Part shown: positions 1-14,449 of the stretch, piece after piece
Layout: every line of letters begins with the position of its first letter
Position numbering within the stretch: position 1 is the first letter of the stretch
From: Raillietiella orientalis
Lineage: Eukaryota
Direction of reading: 5' to 3'
NCBI GenBank assembly: GCA_036172245.1
Contig: JAYWIR010000101.1
Span: forward strand, 124,001 to 188,000
DNA: 64,000 nucleotides
Made by a program: the position numbers and the translations under genes
The notes under the pieces: generated by a model
The model's input: the letters and a program-made list of their open reading frames with translations, nothing else
The model's database searches: none
What the model was told of the DNA's origin: nothing

Positions 1-519
1 CGGCTTGCAGTTAGCAGCCGAACTTTACGTGATCCTTCGAAAAGAGGAGCAAATCACCTCGGGGCCATGTATCTTTTGTTTTACGTGAGTCTCTTTTTGC
101 GACGGGAAAAGCCAAAAGTAGTAATCAGAGCTACTTGAAGTCCAGTCCGATGTGGGGACGGTGGCCATCTTCAATGTTAGAAGAACGGGTGCTGGGATTC
201 GTGTTTCGATCCTTTTCGTCCTCGTCTGTCTCTGCGAATGGTGTGCCGTGCACACGCAGCGACCAGGGCACGTTCCACCGTGTTCACTGCCTGGCTTTCC
301 TCATCACCTCCACTGGATCTCCCGGTGATCCAGCCTGTGCCTCTGGAGCATTTCTTCGGAGTTGAGAAGAATCATTTCCCTCCGGCTTCTCTCAAGAATC
401 CGTCAATCTCGTCAGCCAGGGGTTCCCAGAGTGCGACAGGAGCTCTGACTCACACTGGCGCTCTTCTGTCAGCAGAGTGAAGAACCATTCCTCTTTCGTC
501 TTGTCTTCTCTAAGGCAGA

Positions 520-830
520 GGATCCATAGGGGGCAGGCGACGTCCACCATCACTGCTTTTCCGCCCACCGTGGAGCACCAGTGGTTCTGGATCTGTCTTG
601 GATTGGAGACCACTTTTCTCTCGTAGTCGGGACAATCGGTTCTCCACGCCTCTCGGTGACAGTGTCCCTGGTCCAGGTGCGTACAGTGGTTGAAGAAGGT
701 GACCTGGTAACTCATTCTCCCACACCACGCACCTCCTGCTCCGTGGGGCCGTCGGCACTCTCTCTGACGGGCGCTTGAATTTACAGCTGTTGCCTCCTTC
801 ATCTGAAAGTGAGCAGACGAGTCCTGAATC
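520..830 (-). mobile_element. Decayed C-terminus of an RLE-type (R2/NeSL/Utopia-like) non-LTR retrotransposon
   Basis: Across frameshifts: RRC..ENELPGHL(L)NHC (CCHC-like), VENRL, then EPLVL..GGKAVMVDVACP (PD..D nuclease-like), in the expected order. Confidence 0.45.
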
Positions 831-999
831 GTCACTGCTGAGCGTGAGGATCCGTCGACCCCGGATGCTGCCCCGTCGCAGTTCGGGGTCTTCGACCCGG
901 ATGCGTTTCGGCGAGGCGAAACCGTCAATTCTTTGCACCCTTGGATAAGACCGGGAGCCGCCAACCCAGGAGTAGGCGTTGCGTTGTAAAACGGAAGTC

Positions 1000-1170
1000 G
1001 GAAGACTCGAAAGTTGTTGTCTTTGAAGATGGTGATGAGCTGTACGCGGCCATGGCGAAGCCAAAGGAGAGTTTGGTGGGGGCCTGCAGCGATTTCAACG
1101 TTCGAAGGAGAGTCGTAGGACACTGGGCTGTAGGGGGGAAAGACGAAGCGAACCACCTGGTTGCCGTGTC
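1000..1170 (+). mobile_element. Possible decayed APE endonuclease fragment (RTE-like LINE)
   Basis: DELYAAM..SDFNVR..VVGHWAVG resembles the GDFN..VG..G.G segment. Confidence 0.3.
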
Positions 1171-1596
1171 CCTCCGAAGTTTTCCCTTGGGATGGCAGGT
1201 GTCATCCGGTAGAGCGAATGATCCGAGTGGCCTTGGGGACGAAATGACCCTTGCCCATTCTCAACCTTTGAACGGGTGACAAGTCCGGCTCGATTGAGCT
1301 CTGAAGCTCGGACTGTCCGCGAGCGTCATCCGGCGCAACCATTTCGGTGGACAGAACAATCACTGGAGGATGAACCAAGAGTCGGGATACGATGCGGTGC
1401 CTGACAGATGCCTTGAAAGGCGTTGGTTGCTATGGTCAGCGGGACGGTGGCAACCGCTGAAGCCGGAAATACAGCTGAGCTATCGACAACGACGCGGACC
1501 ATATATAGGCAACGAATTTTGCGTTTATCGTAGCAATTAGCTGCTGGAAAAAATAACGTAATGTTTCCATTTCGTATTTTATTCAATTTGGGGTTA

Positions 1597-1976
1597 CAGT
1601 GGTACCTCGGTACTCGTCGGTAATTCACTCCGGAGCTCGTGACGAGTGCCGAAACAGACGAGTACCGAACGCGTTCCTTTCCGGGCTTCGTGGTATCATT
1701 TTCACCCATTTCAGGACCCATGATTGACGCTTAAAGCGCACAGAAAGCACAGAAGAAAAGGAACGATTCGGGAGGCACCCTATAAGGGAGTGCTCGACAC
1801 TGTTCTTCAGCCACCGTGGGACGAAAGCGTTCACTCGTTTCATCTGAGTGGGTGGGGTGATGTCGAGTTCCGAGCATGCGCCGAGTGTCGCAACATTTTT
1901 TTCTTTCCTCTCTTCAAAATGCGACGAGTACTGAGTTTGACGAGCTCCGACACCGTCGAATACCGGGGTACCACAG
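1597..1976. mobile_element. pogo/Tigger-like (Tc1/mariner) MITE, 380 bp
   Basis: TIRs CAGTGGTACCTCGGTACTCG / CGAATACCGGGGTACCACAG (17/20), TA on both sides, internal GACGAGTnCCGA subrepeats, no transposase. Confidence 0.85.
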
Positions 1977-2959
1977 TACTTTTTAAATTATCAGCTAAAC
2001 TTTTCGAAAGACTGCCATGGAGATTACTTCATGAAATATTTTTTAACGTATTCAATCCGCAACTCTATAATCTTAGCATGATGAGAAGAATTTGTGTATT
2101 ATTTAACAAAATTTAAATTATTATTTAAACTGGAATGTAACACAGATCCGTCTTTATACTGAAAAGGTGAGTCCAGTCACGAACTCCATAGCGTGGAGCA
2201 ATCATCGAGGGGGAAGCTGACCATCACCGGACCTTCTGCAGAGGGGAGGGGAAAAACGAAGTCAACGAAGTCAGCATACACAGCCAAAGTATTTTGCCGG
2301 CCGATCGCGACAGTGTTGCCATACTCAACGCTCACAGAATATTCAAATAATAGGGCTAGAGTTCAGCAATAACCGGATCCAGATTCCTAATGATGAAAAA
2401 CGGCACGAATGGATAATATAAGTCGGTGAGAATCCCGAACGCCGAAATCCGTAAAGATCATAAAAAATAGATACACGTGTGCACTTAGATGGACGGATGG
2501 GTGGATCTCCCCTACCTTTTCAACTTCTGAGGATTCGCGGATCGATCTACCTAACGGAAGATCATAAGTATTAATAAAACTTACTAATGAGTAATTAATA
2601 AGTAGTTAAGGGGAAGCATGTTACTTCGTTTTTTTTAAAAAAAAAAAAAATCGATGTGGCTGGAAGCGGTCACCGATAGCAAGCAGGGAAACATTTTTCA
2701 ATGATCTCGAAAACTTCAAAATAATTCTCTTAGAATTTGCAAATCTTCGGATTGAAATGACCACACGATAACCCCTGCATCCATCGATGGTTTATCCTCA
2801 ACCGAATGCTTTGCGCATCTCAGGCTATTACGATGCTCAAACTCCCCAAAATCTCCGACGAGACAGGCCTCGGGAAACGAAGTAGGGGATTCCTTCCTCC
2901 CACCTGAGGGTGCTGCGGATGTCCATTGGGGATGGAATTTCCTCGTGACCACTTGGACC

Positions 2960-3434
2960 ATAGGGTGCGGGTCGATTAGCAAGCAGCTTCCAGGATGTGG
3001 TCGGCGATCCGAAGGGCATCCGCTGCACCATCCCTGCCCGAAGCGCTGTGCACGCCGGCGAACCCCCCGCGCACGAGGTGGGCAACGGGGCGAGGCGACC
3101 CCGAAAGCGGGGTCTGACCTCACGCCGCCTCGAGTGCAGGAAATTGCCACGCGGACGGCCTCGAGCGTGTCCGAACGGACAGGAGGTTTTCCACTCTGCG
3201 GTTCTTCTCCTTCGTGGGAAACAGCGGGCACTCGGCGTTCGCGCTGCCATCCCGCAGCAACGTGAGACCCTCCTGACGTCTCCGAGGCAACCGCACTCCC
3301 CACAAATTTCTGGTTCCTTTCCCCACACGAGCACGAGCCCCTTTCTGTTTGAACGGGGGAGGTGCCAAAGTGGAAGGGGGACGAAATCCCCCTTCTACTG
3401 TATAGCCGTATGCAGCCATAGAACTCGAAGACAA
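2960..3434 (-). mobile_element. Highly decayed, scrambled Tx1-like fragments
   Basis: TVEGGFRPPSTL and VWGKEPEICGECGCLGDVRR resemble local ORF1; FRGRLAPLPTSCAG resembles local RT YRVTLAPLPSSCPG. Confidence 0.5.
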
Positions 3435-3810
3435 ACAGAACCGCCTCGAGGGTGGGGAGCGGTGGGATTAGTGGGGGGTCAAAATCCCGAACGATCCGAA
3501 TATCGAATGCAGGCATCTCGAAAGACCAGAAAACATAGACATATGTGCTCATCACACATATATCTATATAGATACTTATTCATACGGAAATACAGATTAA
3601 TGTATATTATAGACATTATAAAACGTACATGTATATGCTTATTATGTATATAAATATACATATATTTATATCTAGATTAGTAGATAAATTTTATTTTAGC
3701 GTGTGTGTTGATTAATATGATCAACATACAGTTCATTGATATAATTAATATGTATTGATGTAGACATTAAAATGAAAAAATAGATATATGTATTTATTAC
3801 ATGATAAAAA

Positions 3811-3926
<116 letters not shown>

Positions 3927-5269
3927 GCAATATATATAATAAATCAATATATATATATAATAAATGCATATTAAATGAATATAAAAATATCAAATCATAG
4001 AAAAATAATGGTAATAACTAAAATGGTGGAAAAAATGAAAAACCAAACAAAAAAATGCAAAGGAGAAATTTGGTATTTCATTTACTTCTATTTGCAACAT
4101 CCAATGAACGAACTTTTTCACCAATTGATGGATTATATTTTCGGAATTTTGATCGTTTCTTAAATGTGTATGCCTTGTAATTCCATATTTATTTATTATT
4201 ATATACAAATGTATGTAATAAGCACAGATATATTATAAATATATAATCTTAATATATATATATATTAATTTATGTTACTAATTGCATCAATAATATTTAC
4301 GTCAATAAAAATGCATGCTAAAATAAACTGTATATTTATCTATGTATCGATATCAATAATAGGCATGTGTATTTATTTTTTATAACCTTCGCAATATACA
4401 TTAATCCATATATAAACACATGCATTAATATATATAATGAAGATATGTATTAACTTTTAAGACCTTTAGGGCTTTTGATTGCTCTGGATTTCGGCGTTCG
4501 GGATTCTGAACCACATACCCCTTGGAGATATGCAGAAGAGTTGACTGAGGACTTTGATTTGGTCGCCAAGCACCTGCGCCTGGAAGGTTTCTTTTTGAAC
4601 GGAACTGTGATTAGAGGAGGCTGGTAACATTGTTAGCCATGAGAAAATGTCGGCACCCAGTGCCATGCGCTTTGAACTCTCCAGCCCTTCGTGTGGGAGG
4701 AGCTTTCCTGTCTGCTCCTGTCATGATCCCGGATGTCCAACTCCAAAACCTTCTTCCATCTGCCACTGAAACTATTTCACCACCGGCACTCGCAGGTCAT
4801 CTCGGAGTCAACTGATCGGGATTCGGGAAGGCCGAAGGGTGTCGGTGACTCGGAAGATAACCCCGTCCCATCTTCCGTGCACCATCCGCACTTGGAACAG
4901 AGGGCGCGGTACTTGGGTACTTGGGATGGTCAGCTCTTCTACTCGACAAAGAGCGGCTGAACTCTGCAGGACAGAAGGCATCGTGCGAAGGAGAAAAAAA
5001 GATCCCGGCTGCAGCGGGTTGGTGTTTGGATACGTGTCTGATGGGACACGGTCGGCCGGGAAGACTTACAGAAGGAACGCTGTATTCCACGATCGCAAAT
5101 GAGGCAAATCGGTCCACCGTGATCAGCCTCCCAAGATGCTACCATGGAGCTGCGATTCTGCTTGCAGGAAGTCAGGTCCACTTTGCGTGTGCGTGCGCGC
5201 GTGTGTTCGAACACACCCACGGAACAACACGAGGTGGACTTCGTTCTCTTCTTCCACCCCGGAGTGGCA

Positions 5270-5962
5270 GGCTTCTCCCCCTGAAGTGGCAAGAGTCGGC
5301 GCTGCTGCTGTTGCACTGGGGTCTACCCTGCAACGCGCGCCGCTTCCACTGGACGCGGGGAAGTGTAAGGCCTGAGTGTGCCAGGTGTGGGGAGCGGGAA
5401 TCGCTCCCCCACCTACTTGTTGACTGTGCTGCCCTCCGACCCCTGTGGGAACGGTTCGGGACGACCCTCGGGCTCCCAATGGGCAGCGCGCCCAGAGACG
5501 TTCTTCGGCCCCTCTTCGTGTGGGACGCCCTGCAGCCCGCCGCAGCCCTCTGCTGCATCCGGGGCATCGTGGCGGCCTGGAGCGACATTCGCGACGAAGG
5601 AGTGGATGCCAACGTGAGGGATGTCATCCCGTATGCGGTCTGCTTCATGCGGAGAGCTGCGAGATGGCCCCATCTGGGAAGCATGAAGATGGACCTGGAG
5701 GGCATCCTGCGAAGGATGGGCCCTCCTCCCAGTGGATTGTGATCCCTTCCCCTCCCTCCAAACTCTTTTTGTTTTTTGTTTTTTTCTTATCTTTATTTTT
5801 CTTTTTGTTTTGATCCCCATCCCCCTCCACTGCCGAGGAGCGTCACGCCGGGCTGCGTCCCGGCGCCCCGGCAGGTCCGGTGTTGTGTGGCCGTTAGTGG
5901 GGCCTAGTACCACGTTATTGTAGAGTTTTTTCAGTAAACGCCCCGGGCGTACCCGGGTGGAA
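5270..5962 (+). mobile_element. Solo 5'-truncated Tx1 lineage B copy (ORF2 C-terminus + 3'UTR)
   Basis: LPLKWQES..CARCGERESLPHLLVDC, stop at 5742, 3'UTR, terminal hairpin; TSD accccggagtggca 5256-5269 / accccggcgttgca 5963-5976. Confidence 0.9.
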
Positions 5963-6958
5963 ACCCCGGCGTTGCATCTCGGTGCGTGCAGCTGCTGCTT
6001 CGATGGACCCTCAAGAGGGCCGAGGCAAACGGCTCAAGACAGGCGTGATTTCCTGTTGCTTTTCCTTCCCATTTCTAGGGAAGAGAGATGAGTTTCTGAA
6101 TGGGGGGTGGCATGAAAGAAGACGAAGGAAAAAAAGAAAACAGTAACAAAATGGTATGTAAACCAACTGATTACCAACAGCCAAAGCATAATTGAAGCCA
6201 AAGTTCCATACATATATTTCCGTCTTATTAGCCATCAACTCACAACTTTCAAGACTCATCCTTTCTGTGGCAAACAAAATGTTCTCCTCAATTTGCAATT
6301 TTCTTCCGTTTTCATATGAGCTTCAACATATCCTCACGTAAGTAACACAAAAATATCTATGAAGACAAAATATACCTTACACCCTTTTAACTAATGAACA
6401 CACAATCGTTTTTTAACTTTTTGTCTCCTGAACGCCCCTGCTATATCATAGGTCATCAATCATTATCAATCTGAACATTCAGGGTGTTCTATTTTTCATT
6501 GCACACTTTTCTAATACTTTCAGGACGTTATTATAAATCTTACATTAAATGTCGTGTGTAAAATTCACTTAACTAGTGGTTTTTTAATATAGAGATAGAT
6601 AAAGTGGGAGAGGGATTGCAAAATAAATTTTGATTATTAATTCACAGTAAATGGAATGTTTTATAATTAAAAATGTAGAAATTGAAAACTATAAGTTGTC
6701 AGTATCAATATCAATGCAACTTCGCACAAGGGATTCGATCTATCCTCATCATTGCTTATTAAATTTTAAAGATAGCATTTGTGTATTACTGCAAAAAGCT
6801 CTGGCTGACCATTTGAAACACGGAACACTTACATCCCATCCCAAAAATGTATATCCCACATAAATCACCAACTGCAACGTGCCTCAAAATTAGAGGGTTT
6901 TCTTTCGACAAAGCCATCATTTTCGAGACCAGTGCTAAATCACAGATCAGCTGGATAA

Positions 6959-7065
6959 AGCTGATGGGTGCATACCCCATTTACGATTCGTCTCTTTCAT
7001 CCCCCTATCATCTTTCCATCAACAGCACTCTTCTTGCCACTGACCTTTCTTAGAACATTAATTGC
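6959..7065 (-). mobile_element. Possible I-group LINE remnant
   Basis: AINVLRKVSGKK..WGMHPSA resembles the post-RT LNIL..L...WG..P motif. Confidence 0.35.
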
Positions 7066-10031
7066 TCCACTGATTCTACCAATAGCTCATTAGTAATACA
7101 TTGACTTGGATTAGAACGCAACTTACTCTCCATATATTCCATTATTTCCTTCCCATCTTCCCTATTTTCCACTCCGCGAATAAAAACTCCTCCTCATCCA
7201 AACAACATCACCGTCACACGCTTTCCCCCCTTCCCCGTCCATTCCATCCGTTATAACGGTGAAACTCGTTCCACTGCTGACTCTTACCCTCCACAACTAC
7301 CAACCATCATTCTTCCAACACGAGTCAAAAACGAGCTCTTCTACTCACCATCTCTCTACAACCGCCAACCGCCACCCCTACTCCAACAGTGAAACGCATA
7401 CTATTTCTCCTATGATAGCACGACCAACTCCCTCCATCCGATTTACCATAGGCCATTCATCAATTTTTCATACAGCATGAGCAACAACCTCAACGAGCAG
7501 CAATGAGCTCGCCCACTACCATATAATTATCATATCGGACTACCTACTCCTTGAATACATTCAGATGCTCATTGCTCCATCGGGAAAGAAGGGTTTCTTC
7601 CATAAAGGTAAATCGGGGAAGCGAGTGGGAGGAGGAAAACCAGAAGGCGTCAGCATTAAGGGAGGCAGATTAGACAAACTGGATCCTGTGGCGAATCTGG
7701 CACCGTGCGGCGACCGTGAGGCGCGTTGGCAACGGCGGCACCTCGGGTGAGGAGCGACAGTTCTGCAGGGCAGACCCGGGGGAAAGGGTTGCGAGAGACG
7801 GGGCGAGATCGTCATCTCATTTCAGGAACACCGAGGTCTTCGAGCTGTGAGCAGGACAGCCCCATGAGCCTCGCGGGGACACGGCCGGAGCCGTTGGAGC
7901 CACCGTCCGCACCTGCTTGGGAAAGCAGAGGGCACCTCGGGGCACAACGGGGACTCTGCTCCGGGCTCTGCGAACGGTCTTCTCTTGAACGTGCGGCGCC
8001 GCGACCAGGCAAGGCGCTGCTCATTCCAGAGATCAGTTGAACGGTTCTTGAACGGTGAGGAGAAGGAGCAGATGACCTGCCAAGGCGAAGCAGCACAGAC
8101 GGTACTGTCAAAACTGAAGGCTCACCGCTGGGATTGGCAGAGAGAGCTGAGGTGGAGGAGCTCTAGTGATACATGGGAATGCTTTTCCCTGTGGAGGAGG
8201 AGGGATGGCCTCATTCCCTGTTGTAGGACCTCAGTGGTCAAGGAAACCGCACGTTGGTTACGCTCTAAACGCTAGTGAAAGTTGTCTGTGTCATCAAGGT
8301 CGCCCCTCTACGATAGTTTGGACTGTCCCTGGATGGCGGAGGTCTCTGGTCAAGAGAATGCAAGGGAAAAGAAGCGGGGAAGAATTTACCAGGAGTGCAG
8401 AGAAACTGCCGGAGGGAAAATGAACATCTCCCTAGAGATTCTCGGAAATAACGTTAACCTACAGGAGGAGTTGAATAAGGTGGACCCGCCGACCATCGCC
8501 TCCATGCTGAGTTTGGAAGCGAAACGGAATGTACGTGGCAACGAGAAAATTACTGAGGGAACGAACGGAGAAGGAGCTACAGGAGAAAAAACAGACAAGC
8601 AAGCAAAAACTCGGCTGCTTCACGATGAAAAATCATCCGAAATTCTACGTGACGAGCGTAAAATCAGCATCAGTCAGCGCGGGGAGTTGCGCGTGCGCCG
8701 TAAAGAGCTGCGAGGAATTCGGCCTGAAATCGTAAATGTCCACCTTTCCGAACTCTTGGGAGTGCTGACGAGGAGCTGGAAAATCGAGAAAGCCCCGTGG
8801 TGTCAAGGCTGCGTTGTCAGGAATCCTCTGGAGAAGCAAGGTCGGTCCCTATGGCACGCAGCTCATCTCAAGGGCAAGTTCGCACGAACAGGCGGACGTT
8901 GCGGATTCCATTTTATGGCCACTCCACAGCGATCGTGAGTCGTGTAAGGGCCGAGAAAGCCCTTACACGAGAAAGCCAAGTCTGACGCTTTCACTATCGT
9001 GGGTCTCCCCCTTTCCCCGCGCACCCTGCCCCCTAGCGAACGGTCCAGAATATCCGATCTGAGAGATTCAACACGCCAGGGGCGCTGCGTCCGAGCCGGC
9101 CAGGGCAGCAACCTCAGCAGCCACACCCAGCGATTCCTTACAGATCCAGAGATCCATTCGAATGAGAGGAAAAATGGGGCCCATTGCGGGGGCATGCGGG
9201 CGATAGGGGTTGCTTCAAAACCCTGAACGATCAACAAACGCGTATATACAATACTGTGTATTGAGGATGGCGAAAATAAACGTGTACCTTCATTATATGT
9301 GTAAGCCCATATGAGTGAATATGAAATAATTATATAAATATCGAGTTACAAACGTACATACTTACCAAACGATCGAAACCTGAAAATAGAATTCCCGAAT
9401 TTCTGTGAAAGTTTCCTTTCTTGAGGTGAAAATTATAGGAAAACGAAATACCAAATCACTTTCTCGTTTATTTATTTTTTTGGCATTATTTTTAATCGTC
9501 ACCATCATGTTTAAGTTTTTATGATTCGATATTTATATATTCATTTAATATATGTATAAATTAATAAGTACTTAAACTTATTATAAACGCATGTATCTTT
9601 TTTTCATCACTTTAAATATATATTTACAAAGCATTAGCACGTATTATTAATTATACACATGATAACATTCATCTCAATGAATGCTGATGACATCCATATT
9701 AATATATTAATTAATATGTCTGATAAAATATATATTTATTTTTTATGATTGTTCGGGATTTCTGCATTCGGGATTTTGAGTTGCAGTGGCTTGCAAAACT
9801 AAGACTGCATTCAGCCCTGCAGCTGAAAACTACTTCCGGTTCGTGTGCAGAAACACCGTTGCCAATCTAAGAACAGAAGCTGCGTGTCTTTGGGCATCGG
9901 AAAGTAGGAGTTGGACCGGCTGGGTGTGGAATCGATCAGGGAAAGAGTGGACAACCAGAAGTTGCCACGACAACGAGGAGTTCGGATGGTCCTGTGCCAA
10001 AGCCATCCTTAACTCAGAAGCTGAGTTTTGT

Positions 10032-10240
10032 CAGGTCTCCTCCCTTCGGGAGGAGCCTCACTTTGGCTGACCGAAACGAGGCGAGAACGTCTCCTTCGTC
10101 TCGGATCAGCCTGGTCAATTAAAGCACCAGGGGGGCTAGCTCTGCCGCGAAGCATTGGAAAAACTCCGCGGGCAGGCCGTCCTCTCCTGGCGCCTTACGC
10201 CTCTTGAGCCTTTTAATACCGGCGAGAATTTCGCCGGTAG
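10032..10240 (-). mobile_element. Tx1 B-like RT N-terminal fragment (left edge of cluster)
   Basis: GEILAGIKRLKRRKAPGEDGLPAEF..SAKVRLLPKGGDL. Confidence 0.85.
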
Positions 10241-12233
10241 TGCGTGGCGTATGCCAGCGGACTGGACGCGCCTGTCAGGAGCGAAAGAAGACCTTTGCGA
10301 ATTTCTGCGAGGCATCACCCTCCGGAATCTCAATTGAAACCTAGTTGCGCAGAAGCGTTTATTTTTTTTGAACAAACCTCTATAAACTGTCTGGACCAGT
10401 AGTCCAGCCACGCCCCAGAAAATTTCAGCCTGCCGGGCTGCCGGTGCGCAGACCGGCGCGGTCCACCTCGGCAGCAGAGGGGAGGGGAATGAAACAAAAG
10501 AAAACAAAAAAATAAAAAAAAAACCGGTGATGGAGCGGGGAGGGATGACTGTCTGCTGGGAGGGTCCGTCCTTCTCTGGAGGATTTCGGCAAGCTGTTGC
10601 TGGATGGTGGATGTCAGATGGGGCCATCGCTTCGCCATCCTCAAAAAGCGGGCGGCGTACACGGTAGCATCCCTGTCGCTGGTTCCTCCCGTCGCTTTGC
10701 TAAATGTCACTACGATCCCGCGTAGGCAGCACAGGGCTGCAAGCGAGGCCGCTGGAGGCAGGGCGTCACGGACGAAGAGTGGGCGCAAAGCGTCTCTGCG
10801 GTTGCCTACGGGGACACCCAGGGCCGCGGCAAAGCGTTCCCACAAGGGACGGAGAGCAACACAATCCACTAACAGGTGAATGAGGTATTCCCTCTCCCCG
10901 CACCTGACACAATTGAGATTGACACCCTCCCGCGTCCAGTGGTGTCGGCGGGCATTGCAAGGAAGGCCCCAATGCAACACCAGGAGTGTTGACTGTTGCC
11001 AATTCATGGAAAGGGTGCGCGAGTCCATGAGCACCGGGGGCCACTCGAGATGTTCCTACGGAACAACCAGTAGCTCGCCCCAGCGCAAGAGTCCGTGTGG
11101 GGAGGTCCTCGGGGACGCAGCGTTGGTCAGCTGGCCCGTTCTTCAATCCCCGATCTTCTTTTCCCTGTTGGCGAAGTTGAAGGTAACCTCCCATTGTGTC
11201 ACGAGGTCGCTGCCCAGATGTTCCCATAGGGTAGGCAGTACCCCAGCAAGGGAGGTTCCTTCTGCCCACGCTCTCCTTCAAGGATCCTCGACGATTTCAC
11301 GGAGAGTATAGTGGGCGTGCGGCCCGAACAGAGCTATTCGATCGTGTTGCGGGCTCTGCTCCTGCGTCATCGCCCACGTGCGAACGGTTTCCTGCAGCCA
11401 GGCAGGACCGTTCGCGGGGCGTACGAGGATCCGCGCCGAGTTGTTCTTCACGAGCTTGGCCGCCCTCCGAAGTTGAAGTCCGCAGTGGCAGATGGGGCTT
11501 CGGAGTGCAAAGGAGGACGAGAGTCCCGCATTGCCGGTGGCCCGCTCGACGAGGAGACGTGCAGGGACGCAACAAAGGGTGCATCAGTTCTTTGCCATAA
11601 AGGCAACTATCCGGAACTGGAGCAGAAGCTCCAGCCTCTCCAGCGTCAGAAGTTTCAGACCACTATCCAGACGAGGAACGCACAAGTCCACAAGACGGAC
11701 TGGGGACTCCCTCTTTTCCAAAGGGCGATCCTCAGGAGGTACTTCTTCCTCTTCTTTAACTCCGCTAAGGGGGGCAAACAAAAAGCAAGGGACGGAAGAG
11801 GGGGGCCGCAAGCGCGTTCCACGCAACGGCTTGTTCCTGCAGGTAGAACCTGCCGTCCTGCAACGGGCCGATCGCTGCCTGAGCCTTCTCAAGGCAGCCA
11901 GAAGACGCTTCCGCAGGGGAATAATCCCCCAACGGCACACTAAGGTACTTGAAGTACCTCAATGTGGATATCCCCAAACGAAACCAGTCCTGCTGTCCTG
12001 CCCATGCCGCTACGATTTTCACCCGGATTTCGCCGGGGCGTTTATTGTAAAATAAACTTTTACAAAGACGTGCGGTGGCTGGACCATTGCTCCAGCCACG
12101 CACGAAGAAACACAGAGCCTGCCGGGTCACCGGTTCGCGGACCGGTACGGTCCACCACGGCAGCAGGGGGAAGGGGGAAAAACAAAAAACAAAACAAAAA
12201 AGAAAAGAAAAGTTGGGAGGGTAAGGGAAGGGA

Positions 12234-14360
12234 TCACAGTTGCTGGTGGGGCCGTTGAATCCTTTGCAGGATGCCGGAAAGCTCCTTCTTTATTCCTGGA
12301 TCCAGGTGGGGCCATCGGGACGCCCTCCTCAGGAACTGGGAGGCTGGCTGGATGGCACCCTGGTCGCGTTGTCCTCCCGTAGCCTTGCTCCAAGCGGTGA
12401 CGATCCCGCGTAGGCAGCACAAAGCTGCTAACGAGGCCGCTGGCCGAAGTGCGTCGGCAACGAAGAGGGCTTTCAGTGCGTCCCTGGGGTTGCCGCAGGG
12501 GATTCCGATGGCCGCGGCAAAGCGAAACCAAAGGGGCCGAAGGGCAACACAATCCACTAGCAGGTGGGGGAGGGACTCCCGTTCCCCACACCTGACGCAA
12601 TTGGGGTCCACCGCTCCCCAGGTCCAGTGGTGTCGGCGGGCGTTGCAGGGGAGTCCCCAGTGCTGCAACAGGAGAGCCGACTCCTGCCATTTTAAGAAGA
12701 GGGCGGAAGTGTTCATGAGCACCGGGGGCCACTTCAGATGTTCAATGGGAACATCGAGCAGCGCGCCCCAGCGCAGAAGTCCATTGGGAGGCGTACTCGG
12801 GGTCGCAGCGTCTGTTAACTGGCCCGTCTTCCACTCTCCTATCTTCTTCTCCTTTCCGGAGATTGTTACTGTAACCACCCACTTCGCCGCAACATCGCTG
12901 TCAAGATCTTCCATCAGGGAGGGCAGCGCAGCAGCGAGGGCGGTTCTTCCTGCCCACGCTCTCTTCTTTGGATCCTCCAGGATCTCGCGGAGCGTGCAAC
13001 TTCTGTAACCCCCAAACAGGAACCTTCGTTCCTGTTGGGAGCGTTGCATGCCGAACTGTCCCCACGTTCGAACGGTTTCCTGCAACCAGGCACTACCGTT
13101 AAACGGGCGACAGGTGAGCAATCCTGGGTTTTTCCGATACAGCGCAGCCACCCTCCGTAGCTGGAGTCCGCATCGCTTGACGCGGCGACGGAGTGCAAGA
13201 AACGACGTCAGTCCCGTCTTGCCGGTGGCTTGCTGGAGAAGGAGACGTGCAGGGACGCACCAACAGGTGCACCACAACTCTGCAACGAGTGCCGACAAGC
13301 GGAACTGGAGCTGAAGCTCCAGCCACTCCAGCGTCAGGAGGCCCAGAACACCATCCCGACGAGGAGCGCACAAGTCCTTGAAGCGGACTCGGGCCCTCCC
13401 GTTGCCCCAAAGGGCGATACGGAGGAGGTCCTTTGTCCGCTTTTTAATCCTCTCTGTGGGGGGGCAAACAAAAAGCAGGGGTCGGAGGAGAGGAGCCGCG
13501 AACGTGTTCCAAACCGCGGCCCATTCAGGCAGGAAAAACCTGCCGCCTCGGAACGGGTTGATCGCCGTCTCTACTTTTTGAAGGCAGCCGGACCACGCTT
13601 CCGCAGGGGAGTAGTCCCCCAACGGCACACCAAGGTACTTGAAGTACCTCACCGTGGGGATCCCCAAACGGACCCAGTCCTGCTGCCCTGCCCACGCCGC
13701 ACCAACTGGCATCACGGACGACTTCGCCATGTTCACCGTAAGTCCGGTTCCCCGATGCAGCAGGTCGAAGAACTCCTCGACCGCCGCAGCCGGGGTGGAC
13801 ATAGGGAGCAGCAGCAGAAGGTCGTCCGCGTATGCTGAAACGGCCGGCGTACCGGCACAGTCGTGCGGCAGGTGCGCCAGAGTTCCCCTGTACGCTCTCA
13901 GTACCAATTCAAAGTAGTTACTGAAGAGCAAGGGGCTCAGGCTGTTTCCCTGCCGGTTCCCACGTCGCACTGGCACGTCTTGCACGGTCTGCCCGCTGAA
14001 AGTAACGTTGATGAGCGCGTCGCGCCAGCAGGAGCGCAGATAGGCCACTAATGAGGCCAAGAAGCCCAAGCGTTCCAGGAGCTCCAAAAGGAGATTCTGG
14101 TCGACGCAATCGAATGCTTTCCGCAAGTCGACTGCGACCGCAAGGGATCCCACCCTCATGCGACCATCTGACCGTTTGCCTGCGCACGCACCGGAATTCC
14201 GGCTGCTCATTGAGTTCGTTTCTTGTTGGAGCTCTAGCCAGGTGGAAGCGTAAAACAGGTTCGCCTCCATGCTTTGCCCGGGAACAGCATTTCTCTCTTT
14301 CGGGGTGATGAGGATGTTGGCAACCCGTCCCAGGCCCTCTGCCCAAACCTTAGCTATCAA
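12234..14360 (-). pseudogene. ORF2 RT + CCHC, 708 aa open but N-terminally truncated
   Basis: DLRKAFD, QGNSLSPLLF, YADD, KYLG, CVRCGERESLPHLLVDC. Confidence 0.9.
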
Positions 14361-14449
14361 CTAGGCGTAAGCATTCACTTTTGTGATTGGATGCTAGCTG
14401 TTCATGCTCCTAAATATCCTCCCTTAGGGAGGAGCCGCACCTTTGCCGA

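Noticed and set aside
4540..4820. Gypsy integrase-like words (LGADIFSW on -, AGHLGV on +; DYY near 115)
   Set aside because: Too short, on conflicting strands, no LTRs
5820..5915. 3'UTR as a tRNA or known ribozyme
   Set aside because: No cloverleaf, hammerhead or HDV core recognisable by eye
12234..14360. Bacterial RT system (group II intron, retron, DGR)
   Set aside because: APE-RT-CCHC with gag-like ORF1, TSDs and microsatellite context indicate eukaryotic LINEs
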